Below, one piece after another: positions 48,302 to 58,420 of a DNA stretch of 64,000 nt. The number at the start of each line of letters is the position of its first letter. Positions within the stretch are counted from its first letter, which is position 1. Origin of the DNA: Thermoplasmatota archaeon (lineage in GTDB: Archaea; Thermoplasmatota; JAKEGO01); NCBI GenBank assembly GCA_028279595.1, contig JANQNK010000002.1, positions 8,710-72,709 on the forward strand. Reading direction: 5' to 3'. The translations under genes and the position numbers were made by a program. The notes below the pieces were generated by a model that was not told the DNA's origin, ran no database searches, and saw only the letters and a program-made list of their open reading frames with translations.

Positions 48302-49182
48302 GGGAGGAGGTCGTCGTCGTTGGAGCCGGACCTGCCGGGATAGCAGCCGCGGTCCAGTTGAAACGCTCCGGCCACGACCCGCTCGTTATCGAGAGCGGCG
48401 TCCCAGGAGGCCTTCTCAGGACGGCATGGAGGGTCGAGAACTACCCCGGTTTCCCGAACGGGATCGCCGGGAACGAGCTTTCCGAGACGATCGCCAACGG
48501 TCTCGAGGAATGGGACGTCAGGCTCGAGAGGACGGAAGTGAATAGGATCGACCTCTCCGAGAACGGATTCACGATAAGGACGGCAGAGGACGACCTTGAG
48601 GCAGTAAGGGTCATCCTCGCAACAGGGACCGAACCATTACCTTTCGATTGCCAGGGGCTCGACGAGCTGCCAAAGGACAGGGTCCACCGCGACATCATCG
48701 GCCTTCGTGAAGTCACTGACAGCACCTTCGTCATCATCGGCGGCGGGGACGCCGCTTTCGACTACTCATTGGCACTCGCCGAGAACGGCAACAGGTGCGT
48801 CATCCTCTACAGGTCCCAGGGAGCCAGATGTCTCCCGTTGCTCCTGGATTGGGTGAACGAGCAGGTCGACGTCGAGGTCCACGGCTCCACCGAAGTGCGG
48901 CGTGTTGCGTGGATAAACGACCGCATCGCCGTCCGGACCGAGGGACTTGTTGTCACGGACATCTTCGCAGATCATCTTATCATCGCCATCGGCCGGAGGC
49001 CCCGCGACGGGATGCTATCCGATTCAGTTCGAAGCGAGATGAAGAGGCTCACCGCCGACGGTCTCTTATACGTTATCGGAGATGTCGCCAACGGTCCCTT
49101 CAGGCAGACCGCCATCGCCGCGGGGGACGGCGTGAAGGCTGCAATGGAGGTCCACGAGAGGCTGAAGGAGTGCAGCGAATGA
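48298..49182 (+). CDS. Thioredoxin-reductase-like FAD/NAD(P) oxidoreductase lacking CxxC
   Basis: GAGPAG, ENYPG, ATG, GGGD.A, IGD, 'Q..IAAGDG'; no redox CxxC. Confidence 0.85.
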   Translation: MREEVVVVGAGPAGIAAAVQLKRSGHDPLVIESGVPGGLLRTAWRVENYPGFPNGIAGNELSETIANGLEEWDVRLERTEVNRIDLSENGFTIRTAEDDLEAVRVILATGTEPLPFDCQGLDELPKDRVHRDIIGLREVTDSTFVIIGGGDAAFDYSLALAENGNRCVILYRSQGARCLPLLLDWVNEQVDVEVHGSTEVRRVAWINDRIAVRTEGLVVTDIFADHLIIAIGRRPRDGMLSDSVRSEMKRLTADGLLYVIGDVANGPFRQTAIAAGDGVKAAMEVHERLKECSE

Positions 49183-50117
49183 AGGTGCTGGCATCGGCCG
49201 GGGACGAGGACGTCGCGATGGTCTACGTCGCGGAGGTCCGCGACCGGCAGATCGAGTTCGTCGAATCGGTCCAGCCACCGCTCCCGAGGGACGAGAAGTG
49301 GGTACTGATGGTCTCGACCCTTTTCGGATGTCCCGTTGGATGCCCGATCTGCGACGCAGGCGGCCACTACGGCGGCAAGCTGACAGCGGATGAGATCCTC
49401 GAACAGATCGACCATCTGGTGCAGCACAGATACCCGGACGGCAGAATACCAGCGAGCAAGTTCAAGATACAGTTCGCCCGCATGGGCGAGCCGGCGCTCA
49501 ACGACGCTGTGATCGACGTTCTGAAGGCACTTCCGGGTCGATATGACGCTCCAGGGCTCATCCCTTCGGTATCTACGGTCGCTCCGAAGGGTTCCGACGC
49601 GTTCTTCGAGCGATTGATGGACGTGAAGAACGAGCTGTACCCGAACGGCAGGTTCCAGCTCCAGTTCTCGGTACATACAACCGACGAGGAGCACAGGGAC
49701 CACCTCGTTCCCGTCCTGAAGTGGGGACTTGACGAGATCGGAGACTATGGCAAGCGCTTCGTTCATCCCGGGGACAGGAAGATCACGCTCAACTTCGCCC
49801 TAGCGGAAGGTTCGCCTATAGATCCGGAGGTACTGCTGGATCATCTGGACCCAGAGTTCTTCCTCATCAAGATCACTCCCGTCAATCCGACCCATAGAGC
49901 TGTCGAGAACAAGATGGACTCGTACGTCGACCCGTCCAGGGAGGAAGGGTACGATGTCGTCGAAGCCCTCGAGAACGCAGGCTACGAGGTCATATTGAGT
50001 ATCGGGGAGACCGAGGAGAACAGGATCGGCTCGAACTGCGGGATGTACGTCCAGAACCACCTAAAGGCGGCCAGCGAGGTTCCGGGAGCGTACGTCTACG
50101 AACTACAGTCGTCGTAA
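49179..50117 (+). CDS. RlmN/Cfr-like radical SAM protein
   Basis: 'ST..GCPVGCPICD', MGEP, SVH, P.NP, C-terminal 'IGSNCG'. Confidence 0.8.
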   Translation: MKVLASAGDEDVAMVYVAEVRDRQIEFVESVQPPLPRDEKWVLMVSTLFGCPVGCPICDAGGHYGGKLTADEILEQIDHLVQHRYPDGRIPASKFKIQFARMGEPALNDAVIDVLKALPGRYDAPGLIPSVSTVAPKGSDAFFERLMDVKNELYPNGRFQLQFSVHTTDEEHRDHLVPVLKWGLDEIGDYGKRFVHPGDRKITLNFALAEGSPIDPEVLLDHLDPEFFLIKITPVNPTHRAVENKMDSYVDPSREEGYDVVEALENAGYEVILSIGETEENRIGSNCGMYVQNHLKAASEVPGAYVYELQSS

Positions 50118-50159
50118 CTGTCTCCATACTGCCCTCGGTCCGCTCTTCCCGTGGAACAT

Positions 50160-50591
50160 TTACAATTCTATTTCGGGCTCCTGCATGTCAGGATCGTCGG
50201 GAGTCTCCTTCCTCTGGAACATCTCCGAGTACATGTGGTCGTCGAAGATCTCATCGTAGACGTTCGCCTCGTCCAGGCCCGAGCCGGGCATCTGGTTCTC
50301 GAGAAGGCCCTTGATCTTGTCAGCGTGGAAGGTCCAGTAGTGGATCCTCCATTCGCGACCGTCATGGAGTGTGGTCTCCTCCCTGTCGGTCGTGAGGATG
50401 CCTGAATCCTCCATCATGTAGAACAGGTCACGGTCCTCTGGCTCGAGTATGTTGTCGATGATCCTGTTGCTGTAGCCGAAGAAGTTCATCACGTGTTCGG
50501 CGATCCGCTCCGCCTCATCGTACTCCAGCTTCCGATCTCCCATGGAGGTCTGGATCGCCTTCGTCAGTGTGTCTACCTTGACCGCTCCCAT
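50160..50591 (-). CDS. DUF6015-like winged-helix protein
   Basis: 'AEHVMNFFGYS.RIIDN.LEPEDRD.FY..ED.GILTT.REETTL.DGREWRIHYW'. Confidence 0.8.
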   Translation of the reverse strand: MGAVKVDTLTKAIQTSMGDRKLEYDEAERIAEHVMNFFGYSNRIIDNILEPEDRDLFYMMEDSGILTTDREETTLHDGREWRIHYWTFHADKIKGLLENQMPGSGLDEANVYDEIFDDHMYSEMFQRKETPDDPDMQEPEIEL

Positions 50592-50963
50592 TTGATCGCC
50601 TCACCTTACCTTAATTTCTGTAAGTTCTCCTATAAGAACGTTCCTGTGTTATTCCCAGGAATTCGGATGGTTAACCACATACGAAACTGCCGAAAATCGG
50701 AGAAAAACCCAAATTTCTCATGGAAATCGATGAATTGGGGCGGAATTGGTGCATTCACGATGATGATTTCAATTCATCCCGTAGCTCCTCGAGAGTGATG
50801 TACTTCCCTGTCTTCATCCGACGAATGCGTCGTCTGTGTTGTCTAAGAAATTTGTGATATCCATCTCTTTCCATCGTGTAATCGTATGAATCTATGACAT
50901 ATTATGTTTATCATTGGATCATAGCAATCGAATCAAGAAATGCCACATGGTGTTGTTCTACCC

Positions 50964-51962
50964 TCATCCATGCTTCAACAACCCGATGACGTTTCGAATA
51001 AGAACGAAAAGGCGCTGCATGATCATTAAGCCCATGAACGCCCTGATCATTTCACCATTCTTCTCGTCATTACCATATCGAAGAGCTTGGATGTATGCTT
51101 CCCTTTCAAAACCTGGAAACAATAATTCAGGATATTTCTCCCTCGTCAACATGTAGTTGAATATCTCCCTTCCAACACGTCCATTGCCATCTGTGAATGG
51201 ATGAATCGTCTCGAACCTGTAGTGGAACAGTACGGCTAGTTCGAATGGATGGATCCTTTTATCCATCTGAGTGTAATAGTCATCGATGATCTCATCGAGT
51301 TCAGATTCTATCTCGATCGCTGGTGTGAACTGATGGTCATATCCAGCTACGATGATGCCATCTCCCTTTCGGTAAGAACCCGCCGATTCAGGCATGATGT
51401 TGTCCATGATGAGCGAATGTAACCCCAGAATGAAACCATGTGAAATTTTCCCTCTGTAATTCTTTCGATAGTCAAGTACCTTGATGAAATTCTGTACCTC
51501 GTTGATCTCCCTCAATTCCTTATCATTTGGTACTATACCATGTTCGAGCAGGTCCTTGGCCTGCTGGACCGTTAGTGTGTTCCCTTCGATAGCCGTCGTC
51601 CCATGAATATAATTGATATCGAAATCCCGCTCATAGAATTCGATCTCATCAGCCGACGCATACTGCTGAAGGATATGGTAGATCTGGCGTAGATATTCAA
51701 GTCGCCATATCTCGGATCGTGAGAGATAGTCCGATCTGTAATACTCAGTGGCCATCACCGCTTTCCTTTGTGCCGCTTTTAATTCGATCTCCATGGTGTA
51801 TGCTCGTTGAAGGACCTCGATCCTCTCATCCGAAGGCCGTTCGGTGCCCAAATACTTCGTTACCTTACGTTTCTTTCCCTTGAATTTGATGTCCTTTACC
51901 AAATAGTACTTGACGTCGCCGGACGAGGTCTCCTTCCCTTCTATCCGATATTTCTTTTCCAC
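50964..51962 (-). CDS. Fic-family protein with intramolecular inhibitory helix
   Basis: HPFTDGNGR; inhibitory (S/T)xxxE(G/N) motif TTAIEGN; lower GC than flanks. Confidence 0.92.
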   Translation of the reverse strand: MEKKYRIEGKETSSGDVKYYLVKDIKFKGKKRKVTKYLGTERPSDERIEVLQRAYTMEIELKAAQRKAVMATEYYRSDYLSRSEIWRLEYLRQIYHILQQYASADEIEFYERDFDINYIHGTTAIEGNTLTVQQAKDLLEHGIVPNDKELREINEVQNFIKVLDYRKNYRGKISHGFILGLHSLIMDNIMPESAGSYRKGDGIIVAGYDHQFTPAIEIESELDEIIDDYYTQMDKRIHPFELAVLFHYRFETIHPFTDGNGRVGREIFNYMLTREKYPELLFPGFEREAYIQALRYGNDEKNGEMIRAFMGLMIMQRLFVLIRNVIGLLKHG

Positions 51963-52033
51963 GAGAATATTAGGGGACCCCCGTTATTAATATCTATCTA
52001 TGAGGGGGGTGCCCCAAAGTGAAAGATCAACTT

Positions 52034-53797
52034 TCAAGATGGTGTTTCGCTCTCGGAAATCGTTTCCACCTCGACCGGTGCTTCAGGCGGCGGGTCCATC
52101 GGCTCCCCTTCGGGCACTACCTCGACCTCCGTGACCTCGGTCTTCTTCCTTTTCATCAGGAACGCTCCGGCCACGGCCAGCAGGATGATCAGGGCCAACA
52201 GGCTCACGGCCAGGGTCGGGAACTCCTCATCCTCCTTCTCCTCGACCGACACGGAAATACTCTTTCCGAGGATCAATCCGTTCTCGAACGCCACCGAGAG
52301 AGTGATCGTGTAGGTCCCGTCGCGTCTGTATGTATGACTGGCCTCCTCACCCTCGGCGTACTGGCCGTCCCCCCAGGACCAGGTGTAGTTGGAGATGGTC
52401 CAATCGCCGCTGACCGTGGATGAGGCGTCCACGGTGACCTTTAGCTTACTGGCCTTGTAGGTGAAGTTGGCGCTGATACCGTGGTCGTACAGGAACGGTC
52501 CCTCGTCCTGGCGGGCGAACATGATCGGGAGCTGTCTGGCATTGACGCCGTCGTCGCCGTCATGGCCCCAGACGGTTATGGCCCTTCCGAACTCGTCGAT
52601 GTCTATGCCAATGTAATCTCCGAGGTCCCTGTCGGGAGTGTTCCCGTCGTCACCGTCCAGACCTGAAGTGCGTACCGAGCCGACGTGGGCTCCCGGGTCA
52701 AGGATGACGAACTCGTACAGCGGATCCTCGTCCAGGGCATTGATGCTGATGGCAACGATGTAGTCCCAGACCGCATCGTCCAGGTTGTTGGGATTGCCAC
52801 TCTCGTTGGTGTCGTACCAGGCCATGGCTATCCTGCCCTCGGAACCGGCCGCGATCCACGGGAAGACCCTGGTCCCGTTCTCGACCGTGACCTCGCTGAC
52901 GTCCCAGGTCTGGCCCTTGTCCCGGGAGATCCCCAGCTTGATGTGTTCCCTGGAAGACCACATCATGTAGACGTTCCCTGCAAGGTCCACGTCCATGTCG
53001 ATGAACGTGTTCTGGGCAGCTGCGTGGATCGTACCCCCCTCGACCTCGTAACCGGTGAAGCTCTCTGCGTAATTCGTTGAGACGTAGCAGTAGATGCCGT
53101 TGCTCTGCCAGTTGGCGTGATAGACCTCTCCGGTGGTCGGATCGACGACGAAGTTGTCCCTGGAACCGACGTCGGTGGATATCGGAAGGCCGCTGTTGCA
53201 GGGCTGCCAGTCGATCCCCTGGCTTGCTATCATTCGTGATTTGACCATGTGAAGCCCGCTTGCGAGCTCGTTGTAGGAGAAGTAGAGCATCTCGCCGCCG
53301 TCGCCGGGGCCAGGTCCTATCTGGAACCACTGGCGGTCCACGATCGGATAGACCGATCCAGCCGGGTTCTGGACCCAACTCTCGCCGCCATCGTTGGACC
53401 AGTCAACGGAAGCTGTGCTAAGGTAGAGATCGGTGTAATAGATCGTGCCATCCGCCTTGATCGCCGTGTACGAATCCCCGGAACGTCCGGTCCCCGTCGC
53501 CATGTCCTTGTCGTACCAGTCCCAGGTCTCTCCGTAGTCCTTCGAGATCCAGAGGTTGCCGCCCTGTCCGTTCTGGTTGCTCAGACCGGTGGGCGAGTCG
53601 ACGTAGTACCACTGCTGTCCGTCTATTGACGGTCCGGCGAGGATATGGGGTTCGAATCCCTCCTCATCGGAGTCGGGTATGACCATCACATGGAACTTCT
53701 TGTCCACGACCTCGACCGCGCCCTCTACTGGAACGGACAGCAGGGCCACTGCCATCAGAAGACCGACTGCAATTACACTCGCTAACCTGGGGTCCAT
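52034..53797 (-). CDS. Membrane-anchored BNR/Asp-box beta-propeller protein with PKD domain
   Basis: Signal peptide at MDPRL; S.D.G.(T/S)W repeats; 'W.WGDG...HTY...GTY' PKD; C-terminal TM. Confidence 0.82.
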   Translation of the reverse strand: MDPRLASVIAVGLLMAVALLSVPVEGAVEVVDKKFHVMVIPDSDEEGFEPHILAGPSIDGQQWYYVDSPTGLSNQNGQGGNLWISKDYGETWDWYDKDMATGTGRSGDSYTAIKADGTIYYTDLYLSTASVDWSNDGGESWVQNPAGSVYPIVDRQWFQIGPGPGDGGEMLYFSYNELASGLHMVKSRMIASQGIDWQPCNSGLPISTDVGSRDNFVVDPTTGEVYHANWQSNGIYCYVSTNYAESFTGYEVEGGTIHAAAQNTFIDMDVDLAGNVYMMWSSREHIKLGISRDKGQTWDVSEVTVENGTRVFPWIAAGSEGRIAMAWYDTNESGNPNNLDDAVWDYIVAISINALDEDPLYEFVILDPGAHVGSVRTSGLDGDDGNTPDRDLGDYIGIDIDEFGRAITVWGHDGDDGVNARQLPIMFARQDEGPFLYDHGISANFTYKASKLKVTVDASSTVSGDWTISNYTWSWGDGQYAEGEEASHTYRRDGTYTITLSVAFENGLILGKSISVSVEEKEDEEFPTLAVSLLALIILLAVAGAFLMKRKKTEVTEVEVVPEGEPMDPPPEAPVEVETISESETPS

Positions 53798-53943
53798 TGA
53801 GACTGTCAATGCTTCAGAATTGATAATCCTTGTGCTTGAATCCAGCCTGAAAACGTTCGCGGTTGCTGTGACGTGCTGGATGAAGCACACGCTCGCCGAC
53901 CTTTCCGTTGGTCGACAACGCGTCTCAAGAAAGCTGTATGGGC

Positions 53944-55044
53944 TCATGTTCGGTGTATGATGACCGTGACGACGTCCCCGTCCTCGCAGACGTGGTCGAT
54001 ACCTACGGTCTGGTCCGGGAACTTGGCGCTCTTTCCCGTGACCTGGGCGTAGCGGAACTTCTTCCTGAAGTCGCGGTGAAGGTTGTCGCAGACGTCCCCG
54101 ATGTCGGAACCCTCGACCAGGACGAGGGGCTCCTCCATATCAGCGACCTCACCCTGCGGTTTCATGTAGATACGTATGAAACCGAGGGTATCGTAGATGA
54201 GGTCCTTGAGCTCCTCCGTCCCCTGTCCGTGCTTGGCGGAGATCTGATGGACCGGCCATGGATGGAGAAGTTCTATCAGCTCGTCAATCCTGTCCTGCTC
54301 TGCGAGGTCGATCTTGTTGAGGACGACGAATCCCTTCGGATAGACCCGGCTGCCAACGAGGAAGTCCACGAGCTGGTCCTCGTTGATGTCCTCACGGATG
54401 ACTATCTCTCCGCTGTTGTGTCCGTAGGTCCGGATCATGTCTACGACCATCTCCTCGTCCATGTTGGTCAGTTCGACGGTGGTGTTCACGACGAGTCCTC
54501 CCCGCTCCTTGATGGAAAGGGCGATGTCCGCCGGCTTCTGGTTTATCCTGATGCCCGCGCCCTTGAGCTCGTTCAGGAGGACGTCGAGGTTCGTGGTGAA
54601 GACGTCGAGAAGGAGCACGATGAGGTCGCTGGAGCGGCCTGCTGCGATGACGGCGCGGCCCATTCCCCGGCCCTTGGAAGCGCCCTTGATCAGTCCGGGC
54701 AGATCAAGGAGCTGGATGTTGGCGCCCTTGTGGTGGAGGACCCCGGGAACGACGGTCAAGGTAGTGAACGCGTAGTCTCCAACCTCGGAATTGGCTCCGG
54801 TCAATTGGTTCAGAAGTGTGGATTTTCCCGCCGATGGAAATCCAACGAGGGCGACGGTCGCGTGCCCAGATTTCTTGACAGCAAATCCTGTAGCCTTCCC
54901 CGGACCAGAACGGCGCTCGGCCTCGCCCCTCAGGCGAGCGAGCTTTGCCTTCAATTTACCGATATGATGCTGGGTGGCCTTGTTGTACTTCGTCGAGCGG
55001 ATCTCCTCGTCGATCTCCCGGATCTGTTCCTCGATCGACACCAT
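53944..55044 (-). CDS. DRG/OBG-family GTPase with TGS domain
   Basis: NKAT.HH, GFPSAGKS, FTT, DLPG, NKID, C-terminal TGS. Confidence 0.95.
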   Translation of the reverse strand: MVSIEEQIREIDEEIRSTKYNKATQHHIGKLKAKLARLRGEAERRSGPGKATGFAVKKSGHATVALVGFPSAGKSTLLNQLTGANSEVGDYAFTTLTVVPGVLHHKGANIQLLDLPGLIKGASKGRGMGRAVIAAGRSSDLIVLLLDVFTTNLDVLLNELKGAGIRINQKPADIALSIKERGGLVVNTTVELTNMDEEMVVDMIRTYGHNSGEIVIREDINEDQLVDFLVGSRVYPKGFVVLNKIDLAEQDRIDELIELLHPWPVHQISAKHGQGTEELKDLIYDTLGFIRIYMKPQGEVADMEEPLVLVEGSDIGDVCDNLHRDFRKKFRYAQVTGKSAKFPDQTVGIDHVCEDGDVVTVIIHRT

Positions 55045-55048
55045 GGGA

Positions 55049-55426
55049 TCACTGCGGGACGAGCATCCCGCCGTACATCTGGGAGACGAGCTTGAAGTTC
55101 TCGTACTCCTTGAGGTCGAACTTGATCAGGCCCTCTCCGTGGACCTTGCACTCGTCGGCGCCCTCGCAGAACGGGAACTGCATCTTCTTCATACAATCCG
55201 GGCAGAAATACAGGTCGGATATCGGCACCGTCCTGTCGGTACCGTTCTGGTAGTAGAACGTGATGTACTCGCCGTTGATCTCGACCTCGACGGTCTCGCC
55301 GTCCATGTCGAATGTGTCAAGTACCGATTCCTCTCGGACGACCTCATTTCTCTCCCCCTCTGTACCTTCCTTCTCCCGGTCGGACCAGTACGTCTCGTAG
55401 TCGCTAAGCGTCATTTTGCCACTCAA
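55049..55426 (-). CDS. Hypothetical protein with Cys/His metal-binding motif
   Basis: CPDC...C.....C..H; stop 4 nt before the DRG start. Confidence 0.6.
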   Translation of the reverse strand: MSGKMTLSDYETYWSDREKEGTEGERNEVVREESVLDTFDMDGETVEVEINGEYITFYYQNGTDRTVPISDLYFCPDCMKKMQFPFCEGADECKVHGEGLIKFDLKEYENFKLVSQMYGGMLVPQ

Positions 55427-55596
55427 GAATGAAAATCGATTGACGCTATATCAACGTTGTGGAGTGGACTTCCCTAAAATCGTGATTTGTCGATATGGCC
55501 CCGTCTGGAAAATCCCCACAAATCGAGGGAGCCCGGCGCCCGTTGCACGACGACGTCGGACCATGCTACTAAGTATCAAACGGTCTCGGGGGTTAA

Positions 55597-57063
55597 CTAC
55601 CTTTCCATCACGTAGTTCACGAGGAGGCTCACTCCGTACCCTGTGGAGAGGTTGTCGTTGTCCGAGAATGTAGGGGCCATGTCGATGTGCACCCACGGTG
55701 TTCCGTCGACGAAGGGCTCCAGGAACTTGCCTCCGTTGATGCATCCGGCCTCCCTCTTTCCAGAGATGTTCTTGACGTCGGCGACCTTCGACTTCACCAT
55801 GTCGTCGTAGACGTGCCACATCGGCAGTTCCCAGACGCGCTCTCCGCTGGTGGCGGCGGCTGCCTTGACAGTGTCCATCACCTTGTCATCGTTGCCCATG
55901 ACGGCAGCCGCGTGCTTGCCGATCGCGATGATCGAGGCACCCGTCAATGTTGCGATGTCGAGTATCTCTGAAGGCTTCATGTCCACTCCGTAGGCGAGGG
56001 CGTCGGCCAGGATCAGACGCCCTTCGGCGTCGGTGTTGAGGACCTCGACCGTCTTCCCGGAATACGATCTGATTATGTCAGTGACCTTGTACGATGTCGG
56101 TCCGATGATATTCTCGACGAGCGGTGTGATCCCGATGACATTCGCCTTCAATTTCAGCGACGCGATCGTGTGCATCGCGCCGATCACCGCAGCGGCACCG
56201 GCCATGTCCATGTGCATGGACTTCATGCCGTCCGACGTCTTGATGGACAATCCACCGCCGTCGAAGGTCACTCCCTTGCCGACGAGGATGAGAGGCTTGT
56301 CCTTCGCCTTGCCTCCCTTGTACTCCATGATGACCATCCTCTGCGTCGCGGCGGAGGCCTGACCGACGGCGAGGACGAGGTTCAGTCCGAGCTTCTCCAG
56401 CTGAGCCGGTTTCAGGACCTTCACCTTCATGCTCCCATCGAGCTTGTTCATCGTCTTCTGGACCTGCTTGGCGACGTAGTCGGGAGTGGCCACGATCGGC
56501 CTCTCGTTGGAGAGGTCCATCATGATCCTGCAGCCGTGGGCGATGGCCTGACCGACCTTCTGGTCCTTGAGACCGTCCTTGAGGGAATCCTCGTTCTCGA
56601 GCATGACCATCATGCCCTTGATCGGCTTCGATTTGTCCGGCTTCTTGGTGTGCTTGTCGAACTTGTACGTTCCCCGCGAGAACCCGTCGATGATGAGACG
56701 CACCGGATGCGGAAGCTGATCGGAGACGGGCTCCGGGAGCATTATCGTCATGCTTCCGACGTTCATCCCGGAAGCCCTCTTTCCGAGCGATGTCATTGCT
56801 GAGAGGAACTCCGCAGGGCCGAGGTTCTTCCTCTCTCCGAGCCCGAGAAGGAACAGTCTCTTCGGCTTTCCATCGGTGTAGCGGACATGCGTCTCCCCCC
56901 GCTTTCCTCCGAAATCCCCTGTCTTTAATGAGACATTTACGTCGTCGACCAGGTAGTCGAACCCTTCCGACTTCCATTTCTTGGCCTCTTCCTTGAACAC
57001 TGGTACAACGATGCTGTCCGATTCCTTCGGCTTTCCCTTGCTGAAAACGACTGCCCATTTCAT
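55597..57063 (-). CDS. pepA: Leucyl aminopeptidase (M17)
   Basis: GKGVTFDGGG, DMAGAA, NTDAEGRL, ATLTG, HID. Confidence 0.95.
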   Translation of the reverse strand: MKWAVVFSKGKPKESDSIVVPVFKEEAKKWKSEGFDYLVDDVNVSLKTGDFGGKRGETHVRYTDGKPKRLFLLGLGERKNLGPAEFLSAMTSLGKRASGMNVGSMTIMLPEPVSDQLPHPVRLIIDGFSRGTYKFDKHTKKPDKSKPIKGMMVMLENEDSLKDGLKDQKVGQAIAHGCRIMMDLSNERPIVATPDYVAKQVQKTMNKLDGSMKVKVLKPAQLEKLGLNLVLAVGQASAATQRMVIMEYKGGKAKDKPLILVGKGVTFDGGGLSIKTSDGMKSMHMDMAGAAAVIGAMHTIASLKLKANVIGITPLVENIIGPTSYKVTDIIRSYSGKTVEVLNTDAEGRLILADALAYGVDMKPSEILDIATLTGASIIAIGKHAAAVMGNDDKVMDTVKAAAATSGERVWELPMWHVYDDMVKSKVADVKNISGKREAGCINGGKFLEPFVDGTPWVHIDMAPTFSDNDNLSTGYGVSLLVNYVMER

Positions 57064-57233
57064 CCAATGACCTCCCGGGACTTGGGGTATTGGTGACGGG
57101 TCTTTTATTCCTTTTGCAGGGTGCGTGAACGATTTCTCGGATCGCTCCAAAACCGTTATATATTTTCGAGAACGATTTGAATCGGTGCTGAAGGGCGGTC
57201 GCGGACCGACCCGGAACGGAGGAGCTGCGATCA

Positions 57234-57383
57234 ATGGAAGGACCTGAATGGGTGTTGTTCGTCAACGAGAAGGAGATCCTGAGAAGCACGGACCTCGACG
57301 ATGTGCTCAATGAGTCCGAGCACTATTCCGAGGATGAGGCCTACATCGAATTCGACACCGGCGGCAGACCCTGTCTCTTCTGA
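57234..57383 (+). CDS. Small acidic protein, DUF5678-like (absent from the ORF track, 49 aa)
   Basis: MEGPEWVLFVNEKEILRSTDLDDVLNESEHYSEDEAYIEFDTGGRPCLF; GGAGG RBS; 6 nt before the protease gene. Confidence 0.55.
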   Translation: MEGPEWVLFVNEKEILRSTDLDDVLNESEHYSEDEAYIEFDTGGRPCLF

Positions 57384-57389
57384 GGACCC

Positions 57390-57800
57390 ATGCCGATACT
57401 TGGTGACCTCGAATGTCCATACGATCATAGCGACATCGCTCGTATCTGGGTAAGGTTCAGACATGGAGATCGTCATCTCCGCGTCCGTGGATACATCGAT
57501 AGCGGAGCAACGAGGACCGTGATCCCGGGGAAGGTTGCCAGATTCCTTGGATTGAACGTCTCGGGGAACGAGAACGCCATTGGACTCATTGGTTCTGTGC
57601 AGATCGGCCACACGTCCGTTCGTATGCTCATCGGCAATGTCGAGGAGAACAATGCCCGTCTCTATACCCGGGTCAAGGTCATGGTATCCCATTCGGATGA
57701 ATGTCCCGTCCTGGTCGGTCAGAGACCGTTCTTCAAGGACCATTTGATAGAATTCGATGGAAGGAATGGCCGAGCAACGGTCCGCCCGAATACGTTCTGA
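57390..57800 (+). CDS. Single-domain retropepsin-like aspartyl protease
   Basis: IDSGAT catalytic motif; 'LVG..PFF' motif. Confidence 0.8.
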   Translation: MPILGDLECPYDHSDIARIWVRFRHGDRHLRVRGYIDSGATRTVIPGKVARFLGLNVSGNENAIGLIGSVQIGHTSVRMLIGNVEENNARLYTRVKVMVSHSDECPVLVGQRPFFKDHLIEFDGRNGRATVRPNTF

Positions 57801-57803
57801 GTC

Positions 57804-58382
57804 TCACTTTCGGCAATATTCTACAAAATTGTTGAAGATGTCATGGCCGTACTGCGTGTGGGTCACTTCCGGATGGAATTGGAGTCCAAATAGACGTTTC
57901 TCGAGGTCTTCTACCGCTTGAACCTTGCAGTTCTCCGAGGAAGCGAGAAGCTTGAACCCGTCAGGGATGGTCTTGACCTCGTCGTTGTGCGATTCCCAGA
58001 CGGTAATTCTCTTGTCGGGGATCCCTGCGAGGATGACTCCGTAGTCGGCGATCTCCATCTCGACCGCTCCGTATTCCGGAGGGTCTCCTGGTCCGGCTTC
58101 CCCGCCGAAATGTCTCGCCATGTACTGGTGTCCAGCGCATATCCCGAGGATGGGCCAGGGTCTCTTGTCGAGGAACTCATCGGTGTTTCCCAGTATCTCG
58201 ACAACGCCCACTCGGGGAGCACCTCCGGACAGCACGAGACCGTCTACGTCTATATCGTCGATCGGGGTCGTGTTCGGTATGATCTTCGTCTCGACGCCGA
58301 GCTCTCTAAGGACGCGCCACTCCCGGTGCGTCCACTGTCCACCGTTGTCTATGACGTCGATCTTTACCATTGGGTCCGGCAA
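57804..58382 (-). CDS. guaAA: GMP synthase glutamine amidotransferase subunit A
   Basis: GGQWTH, LSGG, GICAGHQ, SH.D, QFHPE. Confidence 0.93.
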   Translation of the reverse strand: MPDPMVKIDVIDNGGQWTHREWRVLRELGVETKIIPNTTPIDDIDVDGLVLSGGAPRVGVVEILGNTDEFLDKRPWPILGICAGHQYMARHFGGEAGPGDPPEYGAVEMEIADYGVILAGIPDKRITVWESHNDEVKTIPDGFKLLASSENCKVQAVEDLEKRLFGLQFHPEVTHTQYGHDIFNNFVEYCRK

Positions 58383-58420
58383 GGCATTACGTCTATAAAA
58401 GACCGTCCCGAATTCAAGAC

